Shown here: positions 52,590 through 64,000 of the stretch, piece by piece
How positions within the stretch are numbered: the stretch's first letter is position 1
How the letters are laid out: each line of letters opens with the position of its first letter
DNA from: Camelus dromedarius
Lineage: Eukaryota
Assembly: GCF_036321535.1 (NCBI RefSeq)
Contig: NC_087437.1
Location: forward strand, 33,234,001 to 33,298,000
DNA length: 64,000 nt
Reading direction: 5' to 3'
Notes under the pieces: model-generated
What the model was told of the DNA's origin: nothing
What the model saw: only the letters and a program-made list of their open reading frames with translations
Database searches by the model: none
Program-made: the position numbers and the translations under genes

Positions 52590-52932
52590 GTTTTAGTCTC
52601 TCTTGGCTTCTGTACCAAAAATCTCATAAATCAGGTGGCTTATAAACAACAGAAACTTATTTCTCACAGTTTTGGAGGTTGGGAAGTCCAAGATCAAGGG
52701 ATTAGTAGGTTCAGTGTCTGGTGAGAGTGCTCTTCATGGTTCATAGGAGGCTATCTTGCTGTGTTCTCTCGTGGTGGAGGAGAAGACAGAGCTCTCCCAG
52801 GTCTCTTTTGTCAGGGCAATGATCCCATCAGGAGGGCTTCACCCTCCATGACCTAATCACTTCTGAAAGTGCCCACCTCCTGATAGGCTTCAACATGTGA
52901 ATTTTGGGTGGGGACTCATTCGGTCCATAGCA
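52590..52932 (-). mobile_element. MaLR (MLT1-type) solo LTR
   Basis: ggcttataaacaacagaaacttatttctcacagttttggaggttgggaagtccaagatcaagg ... gtccatagca. Similar, more degenerate MLT1 LTRs at about 30950-31500, 34600-34990, 40290-40755 and 50280-50860. Confidence 0.8.
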
Positions 52933-53039
52933 CTTCCTGTGAATGAGTCACAGAAGATTCAAGCATGGATGTGGTATACTGTTGAAGAACTCACAGGCTA
53001 GTGGGAGATAACGCATAAATGAATAATTGTGAGACCAAA

Positions 53040-53235
53040 CAGGTTGGCAAACTATGGTCCATGAACCAAATCCAGCCTGCCACCTGTTTTTGTAAGTAAA
53101 GTTTTATTGGAACACAGTCATGTCCATTGACTTATCTATCATCTATACTTACTTTCACGCCAAAATGGAAGAGTTGAAGAGTTGCAACAGGGACTATATG
53201 GCCTGCAAAGCCTGAAATATTTACTGTACCCCTGA
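53040..53235. mobile_element. MER58A-like hAT-Charlie MITE
   Basis: caggttggcaaactatgg...aaagttttattggaacacag...tggcctgcaaagcctgaaatatttact...cccctg. Confidence 0.8.
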
Positions 53236-53488
53236 CCGAAAGCAAAAATTACTTCTAGGAATCATACTCAGAATGCCATGGAAACTTGGAGACGAAATCA
53301 ATTAGTTGTGGTGGTGAGGGTGGATTTGGGAAGGCTTCAAAAGATGGAAGCAGTTGAGTTGGACCTTAATGCTATGATGGAAATTTCTAGAAGAAGGGTA
53401 TAACTCTGTCACTCTTGTCCTTTTCATGCCAGCCTCTTTGTTGTTCTCCCTCCCTTCTCTGTCATATTTTGTTAAAGTTGCTTTTTTA

Positions 53489-53929
53489 AGAATAAAATAA
53501 TGCCATTTGCAGCAACATAGATGGACCTGGAGATCGTCATTCTAAGTGAAGTAAGCCTGAAAGAGAAAGGAAAATACATAATATCACTCATATGTGGAAT
53601 CTTAAAAAAAAAAAAGGACACTATGAACTCATCTGCAAAACAGAAACAGACTTGCAGCTTTAGTACTAACAATCTTATTTATGGTTACTGGGGAAGGGAG
53701 TGGGAAGGGATGAATTCAGGAGGTTGAGATTTACAAATGTTAGCCACTATATATAAAATATATTATAAAAAAAATTCTTCTGTGTAGCACAGGAAACTGT
53801 TAAATATCTTATAATAACCTCTAGTGGAAAAAATATGTAAATGAATATATGCATATATGTGCAAGACTGGGATATTGTGCTGTACAGCAGAGATTGACAC
53901 ATTGTAACTGACTGTACTTCAATTAAAAA
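53489..53929 (+). mobile_element. Young 5'-truncated L1
   Basis: ORF2 C-terminal text (gccatttgcagcaacatagatggacctggag), 3' UTR and A-tail; 15-bp TSD aaagttgctttttta at 53474-53488 and 53930-53944. Confidence 0.9.
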
Positions 53930-56900
53930 AAAGTTGCTTTTTTAGTATTTGATAAAAGCTTGGCTATCCTTGCTCCATGTTCTACTCCCCTTGTTGGTGG
54001 AGGTCAGCAGAAGTCTGTGATATGTAAGGGCAGGAAGTGTTGCTGTGGTGAAGTGGCCAGCAGCTCTTCGTTTGGTAGGCAGCTATCCAGAGAGGGGACC
54101 AGAGGGGTATCTGGAATAATGACTGGAGGGGTGGGGAGGCGTGTGGTGGTGCTGCAGGAAGAGTTTGAGAATACAGCACATCTCTGTTCTTGTGAGGTGG
54201 GGAACCAGGCAGAGCATCCAGCCCAACATAGCAACAGGCAGGTGGAAAGCCCACATCTCAGGCCTGTACCCTCGCTGGATGAGGGGTGTGAAGACCTAGA
54301 TGTCATTCTCCCATTTGCCAGCAATAAAAGTCTGGAAGCCCAGCAGGTCTGCTGGACGACAGAATATCAATACAGAAGCTCTTGGGAGGCTGGAATGAAG
54401 GTTGGATTTAACAGGAATGAGTGGAAGGTTGCATTTTGGGGTTTGGAAAACCAAGTGCGTGGCACAGATTGAGGGAGAGATGGCCTTCCCACAGCATGAG
54501 TCAGGAAACTGTAAGTGTGCCTGCCCTCAACGTCAGCTTTTGGTTTTAGGAGAGCACTTGGAAAGAGGAAGGTGGTGGTTTTCCCTACAGTATGCTGAAG
54601 ACAGGACACCTGGAACAGGCATTCTGGTGCTACACTCTGAGAGAATTATAGTGGGACTCACTCAGGAGTGAATAAACGAAAGGATGAAAAGACCAGAAAC
54701 TATTTTTTATGTGAAGTGATTGGAGGAACTTTGGATATTTAGACTGGAAAACACAAGGCTCAGGGGGCATATGACAATTGTTTTCAAATATCTGTCTTAT
54801 AGAAATGGTTGTGGACTTCTATTTGCTTCAGAAGAATTTGGACCAGCTAATGTAGGGGGATAGGTTTTTCCGACAACAGGGGATCCACAGATTGGATCAT
54901 CAGCCTCACAAAGCGCTCAGCCCAGGTTGGAGAGTCACACGATGGCACTCAGCTGGATAAGGATGAAGGGTAAAGCCCTGACATCTAGGGACTTTTCAAC
55001 CCTTCTGTGATTTGACCCTGTTAACAGGCAGCAGACTGGACAAGTAGCACAGGACCTAAAGAATCAGACACATAGACCCAATTTAGAATTGTTAGTAATT
55101 TATTTTCCTCACTTTTGCTTTGTGCTTATAAATCTCTGTTTAAAATGACTCCAATTTAAAAACAGCCTTGAGGTTACAGCCACTTCTGGAATCCACTCTT
55201 GGGGCAGGTATTCTTCTTGGCCATGGTTTCTTAGGCCAGCATTTTCCAAAATTTCTTGTACTTCCATGCTGTGGCATCTATGGCTATCTTAGTGAATGAT
55301 TTCATGAACTGCATTTTTGTATAGCCTGCTGCTGAAGCAACTGTCTTATCATTCTAACTCAGTTCCCTTTCGAGTTTTCTTTCTGCTTCCGACAGAAGCC
55401 AGTGGAAAAGTGACATAGCAGTGGTGTCTCCCTGGTCTCTGCCTTTCCCAATCAGTAGGATACTTTTCTGAGTTCCTTTTAGCAGCAGAGAGCATCTCCT
55501 TGTCCCTTCCAGGTGCTGCTTGCAATTTGCAGCTAATTTAAGTACACTGGTTAAATGTACTTATTAACCACTTCACTGAAGCTCAAACTCAAACTTGGTT
55601 CAGAGCACAAACAACTTTCTGTTATAGGGGCCGTATCTCTTCCTAGTAACAAATCCTCACTTAACCAGCATGTAGATTTCCAAAACACATTCAGAAGGAT
55701 TTTAAAAGTTTGTAGGAATAAAACTATAAAGAAGTTTCTCTCCAATATGTTATTTCTCCTGGATTATACTCTTGCCTTTTTATCAGGAGCCCTCAGGGAT
55801 TGAGCCCAAAGCAGTAAACAGTGGGGTGATTTTCTAGAATCTGGAAGGATTATGAAAGAGGTTTCAGTAGAAAGGGTTCTGTTGCCCTTCAGATGCCACT
55901 TTGGGGTTGGTGTTTATCCATGTCGAGGTCTTATTTAGAATCCCCAATATTAACAAAGTAAAAATCCTACTGCCCGTGGTTCCTGGATCAAACAAGAGAA
56001 AACCACGAGAAAACCCCAGAGGGCCTGTGGCTCTGCAAAAATAGAAGTTATGTCAGTTGAGAAAACCTAGGAACAAAGCCTTTTTTAGAACTAAACCGCC
56101 AGTCGATCTGGCAATACTGTATTCCAGCTAGAAATAAACATATTTATCTTTTATTGTGGAGAACAAGGAAGAAACCCCAGACTGCTGGAAACAGCTTTTC
56201 TCCCTCATTACAAGAGCTCGTCGTGTAGGTTACTCTGCCCAGCAGTTATGAGAACCAGTTTTGTACAAGGGCTGCACTGGGCAAGGTGAGGATGTGAAGG
56301 TGAGTCAACCCAGATTAGTTCTGAAGGAGTTTTCTTCACCCATGGCTTTGCTTTGGTGGCTTCTCCAGAACCTGGGGATAGAGGAAGGAGGTCCTGGACC
56401 TTCTGTCTGCATGAGGAATAAGTCAGTGTCCCTGGTGGCTTTGGTCTTAAGAGAGTGGGACTGTCGGAGTCATCACAGCATTGGCCTGAGCAGCAGACCT
56501 AAGTAGGTTTTCATGCAGCCTGGCACATCTTTTCTTTCAGTGTGCTGATTGTTCACTGTGATTCATTCATTGTTTTGACAAGATGGCAAATGGAAAATGG
56601 GAAAAGTAATTAAAATAAGTGTGTGGTTTCAATTGTCATAATCTATTGCCCTGAGCTGAATGCCATTATGAGGGGGAACCCGGAGACGGGATGCATTCAG
56701 GCATGGAGGACAAATAGTTTCTTGGTTTGTCTTTTATAACAAAAATTCAACTCAGAGAAGTGACTGAAGAAAGAGAGACTTGGAGCTTCCCTTGATCGTT
56801 TTTTTAATTAGAAGTTTAAGAATTCTGTCATTGGTTGTGATCAAATTTTCTGGGATATTATCCATACATATAAACTGACCAGGAAGGCGATAAATGAATT

Positions 56901-58872
56901 TATACATGGTTTGCATACAGCAAGGTAAGTTTTGCCTCTTGTTGAAATAAAATAACATTGGAATGTTGCTCTTGTAAATATTCCTTATAAATATGACTAT
57001 GTCTCTGAAATCGTTTTCCTCAGACTAAATCTTTGGGAAATTCAGTATTTGCCCAATTGGAAAGCCTGAAAAAATATTTTTATTACAAATAACTTACATT
57101 TATTATTATTATAAATGTATCAATGCTTATCAAAGATATTTAGAAAACAGACAACTGTAAAGAAAGGGGAAAACTTCCTTTGCATTCCCGTTAGGCTGAA
57201 CTAAATAATCTCTGTAAATTTTCTGGTCTTTTTTTTTTTTAAATAATGTGTAATGACTGTCTTTACATAATTAGTTTTACACTCTGCAGTGTTTTGTATC
57301 AGGAATTTTCTCACTTTCATGTCATTGAAGTTTCTAGAAATGTTATTTTTAATGGTTGCATAATATTTGATTTTGTGTTTGGGCCATAACTTATCCAGCC
57401 TACATAGAGACATTTTGGAGTTTGCTCCCATCTCTGGTGCACTTCTGTTTGACTGCAACTTTACTGATTTCCATTAGATGTGTTCCTCAAAGTTCAATTT
57501 CTGGGACAAAAGGTATGATGCCATCTTGAAAAGTTACTCTGGTACAAACAGACAAATGCTAAACAGTTGAATTGAAGGAAATCTCATTTTAGTGTTCAGG
57601 GTGTTATTTCTTTCTTTTTCTTCTGATTTGATTTTCATGGTGCTGGAGTTCCTTGGACTTTAGAACCATGAAGACCAGGATTCAGATTCCAGCTCTGCTG
57701 CTTATTAACTACTTGATGTTGGTTGAATGACTAAACTCTCTTTATATAGTGCTCTCATCTGTAAAATGGGGCAGTAATAGGTTTTCTGTGAAGATTAAGT
57801 GCCTGTTGCTTGCTGGAGCTCAAGGAATGCTTGTTCCCTTTTCAAGGAGTGTTCAGAGCTAATGAAGATGGGAAGTCAGTTGGATGAGGAAGGCAACAAA
57901 GATGCTTGCAAAGTTGTATTTTGAGATTCCTGCTTCACACCATTTGAAATTTATTCTAATATGAAAATTCACAAGAGACAAGGATCAAAATAATATTTAG
58001 TATTTGAAAAAAACGAAGGAAGTAAATAATTAGAAAAGTCAGCTTACTGGTAAACACACCAATTTACTGCACAGTGGTTGATTTCTTTCAGTGTGCAGTT
58101 GAGTCCCTGGAAGTGATGAGAAGCAAAATTGTATGAGGAGCAATCAGAATCCTGTCCTTTGGGCTATTAGGCCATTGTTATGACAAGGCTTACTTTAATG
58201 AATTGTGTTATAAAATTATAAAACTGGTAGTAATACATTCACAAAAAAGAAAGTGGTAACTATGACCTCGAAACGATCTCATTCTTTCATAATAAACACT
58301 CAGTGTTTTGGAAGTTAGAAATCACAAGTCTGTTAACTGATAACTTGAGGATTAATTGAGAAAGTCTTACAAATATACTAAAAATACATAAAGAATAAGT
58401 AAAATGCACAATATTGCAAATATTCTTTCCTGGTGATTCCTAGAATAAACCCTGGCCTAGGTGATGAAAACCTTTTTTTTCTTTCCCTAATTAAGCTTCA
58501 TAAACTTACTCTACAGACAAGGGACAAAGCTTTTAAAGGGGGGGAAAAAGGCCTGGTAGTTGGAGTTTAAAGAAGTGTGACATTTTTACCTGTAAGAAAG
58601 AGAAATGCCTGGGGATGAGAAAAGGAGTATCAGCTACAGCACTTTAGCTCTCAGTCTGTAGCTTTCCTAATCACTTACAGGTTGAGTATTTCTAAAAAGA
58701 TAGTTTAAAGTATGATTAAATGTTATACATACTGAATTCCTCTGAGCAGAACAAGTTGTTTGGAAATATATAAAGATCAGTATATTTTTACTTGAAAATA
58801 GGTTTTATTCTTTAATATGCTAGAAAGTATGATGGGCATTTCCCATTTCCTCCAAAAGATATGGCATGTGTT

Positions 58873-61800
58873 TGTGCCTGGCTGGATCAGTGAGGGTCCA
58901 GCCAGCAGTCAGAAACCACACAGTAATTTGAGCAGGACAATTTAGTATAAAGAATGATTAACTGTAACAAGGGATTGGACTAATGAGGAATTGGTTAGTA
59001 AGAAGCAAATAGAACTTAAGAATTTGAGAATAGCAGATCTAAGGAACAATCACGATATCTAGGCTGAGATAGAACAGTCAAGGAAGGCCCCCTCTCACCC
59101 AGGGCTGAGCTATAGACTTCATTGGAGAGGGCATGGCCATGGCTAAGTATTTGCTGGAGAAGACACTGAGGCACTGTGATGGCAGAATTTGCTGGAAATC
59201 TGCCCTCTGGGATACAGGGGAAGTATCCATAGGAAGGTTGCAATGCCTTGAAAGTTGCCTCAGAACTGCTCAAGGGTAGGCTGGGGGTAGCTATTCGTGA
59301 GAAGATCCCTTGTGGGTGGAACTCCACTGTGAAGCTACCTGAAGGGGTGCTGGGAAACTGCTGGCCACAGGGACTGCTGGATGCTGTACAGGTGCTGGAG
59401 AAGCTACTTGTGCTACAGGAGGGGGTGCTGGTGAGGCCATGGGTGTGGCAAGACTCTCCCAAGAGGGACACGCCAGAACCAGGAGAGGAACCCCTCCTCC
59501 TCCAGTGCACTTCCAGCCACCATCAAGTGACAAAGACTACCATGCCAGCTGGCAAAGGAGAAATATTTATAGATCTCGGCTCCACAGAGGAGGCATTCAA
59601 GGGCGGGTCTGGAGCTCTGGAGCAGTACATTGAAAATTACTACAGTCCAGCCCTTTGGCTAACTCAGCTTCCATATACGTTCTTCTACATGCATTTGAAC
59701 TTGTGTACAACAATGAAACAGCTCTCCAAAACAAGATACAGCTGTCCTCACAAGTGAATGTGTTCTTATCCTCTTCCCAAAGTGAGGAGACATAATATGC
59801 ATCGAATTCTGTCGAAACCCACAGAATATTTTGTTACTGAAAAACTAAATCATAAAATCAGCCTCCAACAACTTGTATGTAAAATAAAGATGAGAAGGAG
59901 TAGAAGAAAATTGGTACCATATACAAATAAACATACACACATATGCAGCAAAGATAAAACATGTAAAGCTACTTTAGGCCTTGTTTCTCTAATTGGTAGT
60001 AAGGCTGTAATGGATAGCAATGGCTTTCTTTTTCCGCTACCCATATATTTCCTCTGCTTTCCTGCTAGAACCTCAGCTGGTTAGGATTATCTGGTGGAAT
60101 AACCTAAACCTTCCTGAAGGGTCTGAGTCCTCAGTTGTCCTGCATTAGTTTTTTTTAGTTTCTGTAGTTTTCCATTGACCTTTACTATTGCGCTTGTAAG
60201 TACTGAGAGGCATCCCAAAGAATCTCGTGTTCCGGAAGGGTTCTCCTTGCCTTCTTTGTAGCAACAGCCTATTTTCCCCTCTTCCTGCCAGAAAAGTAGT
60301 CTTTTTATTTTTATTTTTCTGCTGTTGGTTCAGTAGCATAGGCCTAAAATAGCCAATCTCATCTTCCGATTCAGTGGAACATTCTTGTGCCTCTTGATTG
60401 AAGTATTGCCCTTTGGGAATTAAGACCTCCTAACTAGCAGAGCTCGAGTTTGCCAGGACAGGAACCAACAATTCTGGAGTCATTTCTAGGGAAAGTCCGT
60501 GTCGTTGAGCTCATGCATGTCAGTGGCCACTTTGTTCATAGGCCCAGTGAGAAAGCACTGGGATGACTGAAGAAAGGGACTGAATAACATCCACAGGGCG
60601 CATCATTTTTGTCCACCTGATTACTGAGAGCTTCCCCGCAGTGAGTAAGTATGGGGATTCATTTGAAAAACAAATATCTTCTCAGTCACTGGTCATAGGG
60701 AAGCACAGGCATGGATTGAGAGAGGAGGCAATGCAGCTGAAGTTGTACTGAAGAAGTCTGAGCTAGATGCTCATGCAACCTGTGGAGAACACTGCACCAT
60801 TAACCAATGCCGGTGAGGACTCCAACTACATGGATGATAGCAAGCACTGTACCTATCATTTGGTGGTGGGTGATATGAAGTACAATAAGTCATCTTTTTT
60901 TTTTTTTAATTGAAGTATAGTTGATTTACAGTATTATATTAGTTTGGGTATACAACATAGTGATTTGGTATTTTTACAGTTTATACTCCATTAAAAAGTT
61001 ATAAGATAATGGCTATAATTCCCTGAGTTAAGCAATATATTCTTGTTTGTTTTATACATAGTAGTTTGTATCTCTTAATCCCATACCCCAAATTTGTCCC
61101 TCTCTTCTTTCCTCTCCCCTTTGGTAACTGCTAGTTTGTTTTCTGTATCTGTGAGTGTGTTTCTGTTATGCTGTATACTTTTGTTTGTGTTATTTTTTAG
61201 ATTCTACTTATGAGTGATATCATACAGTATTTCTCTTTGACTTATTTCACTAAGTATAATATTCTTTAGGTGCATCCACATTGCTGCAAATGGCAGAGTT
61301 TCATTCTTTTTTAAGTAATTAAATTTTAAGCTGAGTAATATTCCATTGTGTGTGTGTATACATATATACATATATATATATATATACATATATATATACA
61401 CACACACAAAAAAACTGGGGACTTAAATCTTTAACCTTGGAGGAAATATCTTGACTTGTTCCAGACCATTAAACTCCTAGAAACTTCATTGAGGTGGGGG
61501 TGGGGGTGGGGCTGAAATTTTGTGGAGTTTATCTTCCATATGTTTTACTAAAACATTAAGTGCTTGCCTCCTTCCTGCTCATTAGGTCCCATCAGCATGA
61601 TCTTGTCAATGTAGTAGACCAGGGTGAATGATGGAATTAATGGAATGTCAAGACAACCAAGATCTCTGCAAATTACGTTATGGCAGAGAATGAGAATTTG
61701 ATATAGTCCTGCAGCAAGACAGTGAAGGCACACTGTCTTCACTGGGAAGTTACTGTGAAAGCTACTTCTGGTGGCCCCTTGCAAAGTACTATGGAGAGAA

Positions 61801-62450
61801 AGGCATTAGTTATATGCTATGTGCCAGAGATTGTGTTTGTTTGCCATAGTAAGCTACCCATCTGGGTCAGCCCCTGCCACTCTATTCATCATTTGATTAA
61901 GACTGTGATAACCCACAATCATTTCCCAAAACCCATCTGATTTCTGCAGAGGCCAAATTGGTGAGTTAATGGATATGTGACAGGTATCACCATCCTTGCT
62001 ACTTTCAAGATTTTGATGGTGGCGTTAATCTCTGAAACTTCCCCAGGTTTTCTGTCTTGGTAGGGGGGGGGAAGTTCCAGTGGCTTTCAGCTCATAGAGG
62101 TTCTTCCAGTTGTCAAGTGTGTCTGTTCCAATTATACTTTCAGAAACTGAGGAATAACTGCAAGGTAGGTCCATAGCCCAGCTTGGATTTGAAATTAATG
62201 TCAAACTCTATCTATCACATGACCTTGGTGAGCCCCTGCTTAGCTCACAGTGATATTTTTGATTTCCCAAAATGAATGTTAGAGCCAGTGTTCAATAATC
62301 TCTGAAAGATTTAGGTATTCCCTCCCCTCCGCATTGTACAGACTTTAGTAAATGGCTGTTTACTCTAGTAAATAGCTACAGGTCCTTTGGGGAAGACTTA
62401 GAGGAATATTTTTACAGTGTGAACTTGTAGTCTCTTTTGAGGCAAATTCC
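58873..62450 (-). mobile_element. ERV-L (class III) remnant: 3' LTR (about 58873-59644) plus degenerate pol
   Basis: PPT-like aaagggctggac|tg at 59644-59656 on the minus strand; RT remnant LCHNVICRDL...TLVYYIDKIMLMG (YIDD position) in ORF 61548..61784; integrase-like text near 60500-60620. Confidence 0.8.
60894..61412 (-). mobile_element. L1 3' end inserted into the ERV-L internal region
   Basis: Poly-T + aattgaagtatagttg; LPFAAMWMHLKNIILSEISQ ORF2 tail in ORF 61204..61407. Confidence 0.85.
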
Positions 62451-64000
62451 ATCACAAATTTAAATAGCTAGGAAATATGCAAAGATTAACATATCTTTAT
62501 CTAAAAGTCAGTTTTACTGGTTAATTTATCCAACAGCATGGTGAACATTTCTTCCAAAAGATATGGTATAGTAGAAAACATTTCCCTGACTTTCCAGCTG
62601 AAATTAAGGTTGGGGCCGTTTCAAGGGCATCATCATTCAAACCCTGGCTCTTTGCAGACTTGTGGAATAATATTTATAATGACCCAGAGCTGATATTAGA
62701 AACAATAAATGAAAACCAAGAGAATCATTCTCTTATAGCCCAGAAAGCAGCTGATTATTATGACAAAGGTCTTTGTAGCCAGCAAAGGTCAACTTGTCAC
62801 CTTTGCTGTAGCAGCAGATCCTTTTCAGTGAGTTACCTTTGAAAAGTATCTTAAGGCAATAGACCAAGCATGTGCTTCCTGACTATATGAAAAGACAAAG
62901 CAGCAGTGAGCTTAGACATTTAAAATATAAAAACTAACCAATTTAAGGTGAGCAAAATGCTCTAAAATTTTGCCAAGGTAGGGAAAATCTCAAATCCACA
63001 CTTGATCCGTAAGCCTTGTTGAAAAGTGTAGATTCAGTTGTGCATCCCATTGACTATTTTACTAGTCGTACAAATTATACCTAGGTAGCTTGAGGGCCGT
63101 TCTTCCCTTTCTGAATGTACATTCTTATTGCTAATGAGCAGCGGCATGGCTCAAAATGAGCAAGAGGCTGAGAGTCTTGGAGAAACCACAAACTAGAAAA
63201 CCTGGTGCATAATTGACAGTTGAGCAGCCCACACAAGCACCAGCCAGAAGCCTGCTTCAGCAAGACGGAGGGCACTGTATTACTTTCCTGGGAGGAAATT
63301 CGACCTTTGAAATTATATGTTGGAATAGTTCTCATTGGGCTGCCCATTAGAGAGAATAACTTATTTAAAATAGCTCATTTGAAATCTTTGTTGTCAAGGT
63401 TCATTTGCCCATGGTCTCTTTCAAGAATAATCTCATTTCTAGTTTCAGATAATTTCAGAACCACAGGTTTCCCCCATCCTTTTCTGTAGTTTAATAGTAG
63501 ATATTAATGCTTATTAGGTATTTCATCTAATTAAAGCTTAGATCTGGCTTGCTGTTTAAAACTGCTTCCATGCATTTAAAAATAGTAAGTAGATGTTGCG
63601 TTACGGAAAATTTTCCCCTCTACTCTCTATCACTGACCACTGTTACTAACTGCAAAGTAAGATATGGACCAAAAACAAAACTAGGAAAATGAATTCCGTG
63701 ACATACCATGCACACTGGATGTCACACTTTACAAGCACGTTTGTGTTTTTAAGAACTAAGATCACATTAGAATATTGTGGCATATAGCTTTAATTATCAG
63801 CTTCTATTGTTTTTGAAAATGGTAATCATACTAAGACAATTTTCTATATTTAATTTTTCTCCTAATCTTTTCCAAGTAAATGTCTATATAATCTCTACCC
63901 ATAATGTATGGTATAACTTTCAAATTATTCCATGTGTTGATGCCTCATTTCAGATTCATACATTCAATGGCTTTGAACCTATCTCAGTAGTATTTTTCAC

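Noticed and set aside
59016..59757. 164-169 aa ORFs
   Set aside because: They lie largely within the ERV-L LTR; no recognisable protein features.

Overview
Mammalian genomic DNA, probably camelid (a vic-1-type tRNA-derived SINE and artiodactyl-type L1 3' ends). Positions 881-10816 (+) hold the last ten coding exons of the lysosomal transporter MFSD1; all splice sites are GT-AG and all phases join. At 23386-24405 (-) is an intact single-coding-exon 339-aa P2Y-family GPCR. It sits where GPR79 lies in human, where that gene is a pseudogene, and it keeps the nucleotide-binding motifs plus a plausible 5' non-coding exon. The rest is mostly L1/L2/MIR/MaLR/hAT repeats and an ERV-L remnant (58.9-62.4 kb). 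The non-repeat islands from about 15 to 63 kb contain many exon-like, phase-compatible + strand segments interrupted by stops. These may be a long decayed gene with the GPCR nested antisense in one intron; this is inference and untested. An orphan CpG-rich patch at 43.1-43.3 kb and a competing chain of minus-strand exon candidates running toward the GPCR are also noted. Repeat family names and boundaries are by eye and approximate.
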